In this document: positions 61,510-64,000 of the stretch, in pieces | Layout: every line of letters begins with the position of its first letter | Numbering within the stretch: position 1 is the first letter of the stretch | NCBI GenBank assembly: GCA_963782055.1 | Contig: CAWAIF010000003.1 | Location: forward strand, 3,008,001-3,072,000 | Direction: 5' to 3' | Length of the DNA: 64,000 nt | DNA from: an uncultured delta proteobacterium | Lineage (GTDB): Bacteria > Myxococcota_A > Polyangia > Polyangiales > Polyangiaceae | Notes under the pieces: generated by a model | The model's input: only the letters and a program-made list of their open reading frames with translations | Told to the model about the DNA's origin: nothing | Databases searched by the model: none | Made by a program: the position numbers and the translations under genes

Positions 61510-62523
61510 ATGAGCGGACGTCGAGTCGGGGTCATCATGGGTGGGCTGAGCGCGGAGCGGGACGTGTCGCTCCGCACGGGCGAGGGTGTGGCGAAGGCGC
61601 TGGAGGAGCGCGGCCACGACGTCGTGCGCGTCGTCTTCGGTCCGCAGACGGCAGGCATCGACGAGCTGGTGCGGCAGGCCCGCATCGACGTCGCCTTCCT
61701 GGCGCTGCACGGGCGCGGGGGCGAGGACGGGTGCGTGCAGGGCCTGCTCGAGCTGCTCGGCGTGCCGTACACCGGCTCCAGCGTGCTCGGCTCCGCCCTG
61801 GCGATGGACAAGCTGAAGGCGAAGGAGATGTTCCGCCTCCACAACGTCCCGACGCCGCCGTACTACGTCGCGGGCGAGGAGGACCTGGCCGATCTGGAGG
61901 AGCTGCACGGCAGCTTCGGCTTCCCGGTGGTGGTCAAGCCGCGCGGGGAGGGGTCGAGCGTCGGGATGAGCAAGGCGGGCAGCCTCTCCGAGCTGGCGCT
62001 CGCCATCGAGAAGGCGCTGGAGCACGACGACTCGGTGCTCGTCGAGCGCTTCATCAAGGCGACCGAGGTGCACGTGGGCATCCTGGACGGCCGCGTGCTC
62101 GGGGCGATCGAGGTGGTGCCGAAGAGCGGCCTGTACGACTACCACTCCAAGTACACGGCGGGGGCGACCGAGTACATCAGCCCGCCGCGTATCCCGGGGA
62201 CGCGCGCGCGCGGCGTGATGATGCTGGCGGAGCGCGCGGCGCGTGCGATCGGGTGCACCGGCGCGTGCCGCGTGGACGTGCTCGTGACCGAGGGGGAAAA
62301 CGAGTACGTGCTGGAGGTCAACACCCTGCCCGGGATGACGCCGACGTCGCTCTTGCCGAAGATCGCCGCGTCCGCGGGCATCGACTACGGCGCCCTGTGC
62401 GAGACCATCCTCGCCGGCGCGCGCCTGCACGCGGGGCTTCGCCCCAAGGCGGCCCCGTCGTCGGCGTCGAGACCGGCGCTCCCGGAGGAGACGCCCGCGG
62501 AGCTCCGCCGCGTCGCGAGCTGA
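61510..62523 (+). CDS. ddl: D-alanine--D-alanine ligase
   Basis: GGLSAERDVSL, ALHGRGGEDG, GSSVG, YDYHSKY, LEVNTLPGMTPTSLLP. Confidence 0.96.
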   Translation: MSGRRVGVIMGGLSAERDVSLRTGEGVAKALEERGHDVVRVVFGPQTAGIDELVRQARIDVAFLALHGRGGEDGCVQGLLELLGVPYTGSSVLGSALAMDKLKAKEMFRLHNVPTPPYYVAGEEDLADLEELHGSFGFPVVVKPRGEGSSVGMSKAGSLSELALAIEKALEHDDSVLVERFIKATEVHVGILDGRVLGAIEVVPKSGLYDYHSKYTAGATEYISPPRIPGTRARGVMMLAERAARAIGCTGACRVDVLVTEGENEYVLEVNTLPGMTPTSLLPKIAASAGIDYGALCETILAGARLHAGLRPKAAPSSASRPALPEETPAELRRVAS

Positions 62524-62575
62524 GGAGAAGAGGAGGGAAGCCCCGCACCCCGAACCAGGAGGGGCCACGCCTTCT

Positions 62576-62782
62576 TCAGTCCCTGTGGAGCAGCTTGTTC
62601 AGCTCCTGAAACCGGGCCTCCTCCTCGTCGTCCCGCGCGTCCTCGCCCTTCTCCTCCAGCGCCCGCTGCTCCGTGTCCGCCGCCTCGAAGGCCGCTGCGT
62701 CGATCGGCTTGCCGCCCTTCGCGCCGAAGTAGGCGTGGAGCTCGCGGTAGTGGAGGAAGCGCTTGTGCACCTTGGGGTCCAT
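62576..62782 (-). CDS. Small hypothetical protein (68 aa)
   Basis: MDPKVHKRFLHYRELHAYFG...RDDEEEARFQEL; GC3-rich codons; -10-like TAGGAT 7 nt before the ATG. Confidence 0.65.
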   Translation of the reverse strand: MDPKVHKRFLHYRELHAYFGAKGGKPIDAAAFEAADTEQRALEEKGEDARDDEEEARFQELNKLLHRD

Positions 62783-62787
62783 CGCCC

Positions 62788-62810
62788 GCATCCTACACGG
62801 TGTAGGATGC
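62788..62810. promoter_or_regulatory. Perfect palindrome carrying -10-like TAGGAT on both strands
   Basis: GCATCCTACAC-G-GTGTAGGATGC inside a 34-bp gap between divergent starts. Confidence 0.65.
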
Positions 62811-62816
62811 CGCGCC

Positions 62817-64000
62817 GTGCGGGCGCTCTGGGTGGTCCTCCTGTCGTGGGTCGCGGTCGCGGTCCTCGCCGGGACGGCCTGGGCCGCCGGGGAGGTCCGG
62901 CCGCCGGTGGTGAAGACGCCGGCCACCCCCGTGTACCCGGACGCGACAGCCGGGCTGACCCGCGAGGTCGACGTCGTGGTGACGATCGATGTGCAGGGGC
63001 GGGTGCAGGACGCGGCGCTGGTGGCGCCGTCGGGCGACGCGCTGGACGCGGTCGCGCTGGACACCGCGCGCCGGTACGTCTTCGAGCCTGCCACGGAGGA
63101 CGGCAAGCCGGTGGCGAGTCGGATCAAGCTGCGCCTCGCGCTGCGCGGCCCGCCGGCGGAGATCGTGGACGCGGGCGCGCCGGCCGCCGACGCGGCGCCG
63201 CCCGACGCGGCGGTGCAGGTCGCCAGCGCCCCCGACGCCGGCGTGACGCACGCGGCCGCCCCCGACGCAGGCGCGCCGGCCCCCGCTCCGGCCCCCGAGG
63301 AGGTGCGCGTCCGCGGACGGCGCCCTGACGAGAGCCCCACACGACGCACGCTGGACCGCCGGGAGATCGAGGACGTCCCGGGGACCGGCGGGGACGCGCT
63401 CCGGTCCATCGAGACGCTCCCCGGCGTGGCGCGCGCGCCCGCCTACAGCGGCCTCGTCATCCTGCGCGGGTCCTCCCCGCAGGACTCGCAGGTCTTCATC
63501 GACCGCGCCGCGGTGCCGCTCGCCTTTCACTTCGGCGGGTTCGCCGCCGTCGTCCCCACCGAGCTCATCGACACCATCGACGTCTACCCGGGCAACTACG
63601 ACGTGCAGTACGGGCGAGGCATCGGCGGCATCGTGGACGTGCGGCTGCGCAGCCCGCCGCGCGACCGCATCCACGCCATCGCCAAGATGAACCTGATCGA
63701 CGGGCGCGCCATCGTGGAGGGGCCGCTGCCCTTCGACGAGCACACCCGCTTCTTCGTCGGCGCGCGGCGGAGCTGGATCGACGCGTGGTTCCCGACGGTC
63801 GCCGACCTGGTGTCCCTCGGCGTCACCGCGTCGCCCGTCTACTACGACTACCAGGCGATGCTGGAGCGCGACTTCGGCGAGCACACCACCCTCCGGCTGA
63901 CCTTCCTCGGCTCCGACAATCGCGTGTCGGTCTACCTGCCGCCGTCCACCTCCACCGACCCCGCGTACTCCGGGGATCTCTCCAGCGCGACCGACTTCTG
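62817..64000 (+). CDS. TonB C-terminal domain / TonB-dependent receptor fusion; partial, runs off the window
   Basis: Not in the ORF track. From GTG 62817: signal peptide MRALWVVLLSWVAVAVLAGTAWA; TonB-C (PVYP...VTIDVQGRV...FEPATEDGKPV); plug (VPGTGGDALRSIETLPGV, LRGSSPQDS, FHFGG, YGRGIGGIV). Confidence 0.88.
   Translation, partial: MRALWVVLLSWVAVAVLAGTAWAAGEVRPPVVKTPATPVYPDATAGLTREVDVVVTIDVQGRVQDAALVAPSGDALDAVALDTARRYVFEPATEDGKPVASRIKLRLALRGPPAEIVDAGAPAADAAPPDAAVQVASAPDAGVTHAAAPDAGAPAPAPAPEEVRVRGRRPDESPTRRTLDRREIEDVPGTGGDALRSIETLPGVARAPAYSGLVILRGSSPQDSQVFIDRAAVPLAFHFGGFAAVVPTELIDTIDVYPGNYDVQYGRGIGGIVDVRLRSPPRDRIHAIAKMNLIDGRAIVEGPLPFDEHTRFFVGARRSWIDAWFPTVADLVSLGVTASPVYYDYQAMLERDFGEHTTLRLTFLGSDNRVSVYLPPSTSTDPAYSGDLSSATDF

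Noticed and set aside
60384..61844. 1147-aa extended SctV/FlhA
   Set aside because: The extension is the antisense of the PP2C and ddl genes; family homology starts near 60365-60383.

Overview
High-GC bacterial chromosomal window. Gene content points to Myxococcota, probably Polyangia-like; this is inferred from the TIGR04551-like barrel, choice-of-anchor-L-like lipoproteins, TonB-C/receptor fusion, orphan SctV/FlhA and bacterial topoisomerase VI. About 57 genes are supported. Housekeeping genes include partial bamA, top6B/top6A, a biotin carboxylase, an M16 peptidase pair, lepA, an rluB-like gene, ribA, trpBA, rimK, lysC and ddl. The strongest candidate for an undescribed system lies at about 40.1-49.9 kb. 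There a PhaR-type repressor is divergent from one operon joining a cell-envelope module (two paralogous lipoproteins, a lipoprotein alpha/beta hydrolase, an outer-membrane beta-barrel) to a mini-PhaE, an acyl-CoA ligase and a class III-like PHA synthase, with a phasin downstream and no phaA/phaB in the window. Seven TG(C/T)TGC-N3-GCA(A/C/G)(C/G)A-like boxes mark the locus; four are intragenic and two sit exactly 7 bp upstream of TTGACG -35 elements. Other points: a (GCAGG)13 tract that may phase-switch a large secreted protease, a deletion scar joining remnants of a MocR regulator and a PaiB-like/GNAT gene, a serine recombinase lacking its catalytic Ser, an orphan sctV next to a candidate effector/immunity trio, a perfect palindrome acting as a probable bidirectional leaderless promoter, two single-base frameshifts and REP-like repeats. 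No rRNA, tRNA, CRISPR array or transposase was recognised. All family assignments come from motif recognition by eye, not database searches.
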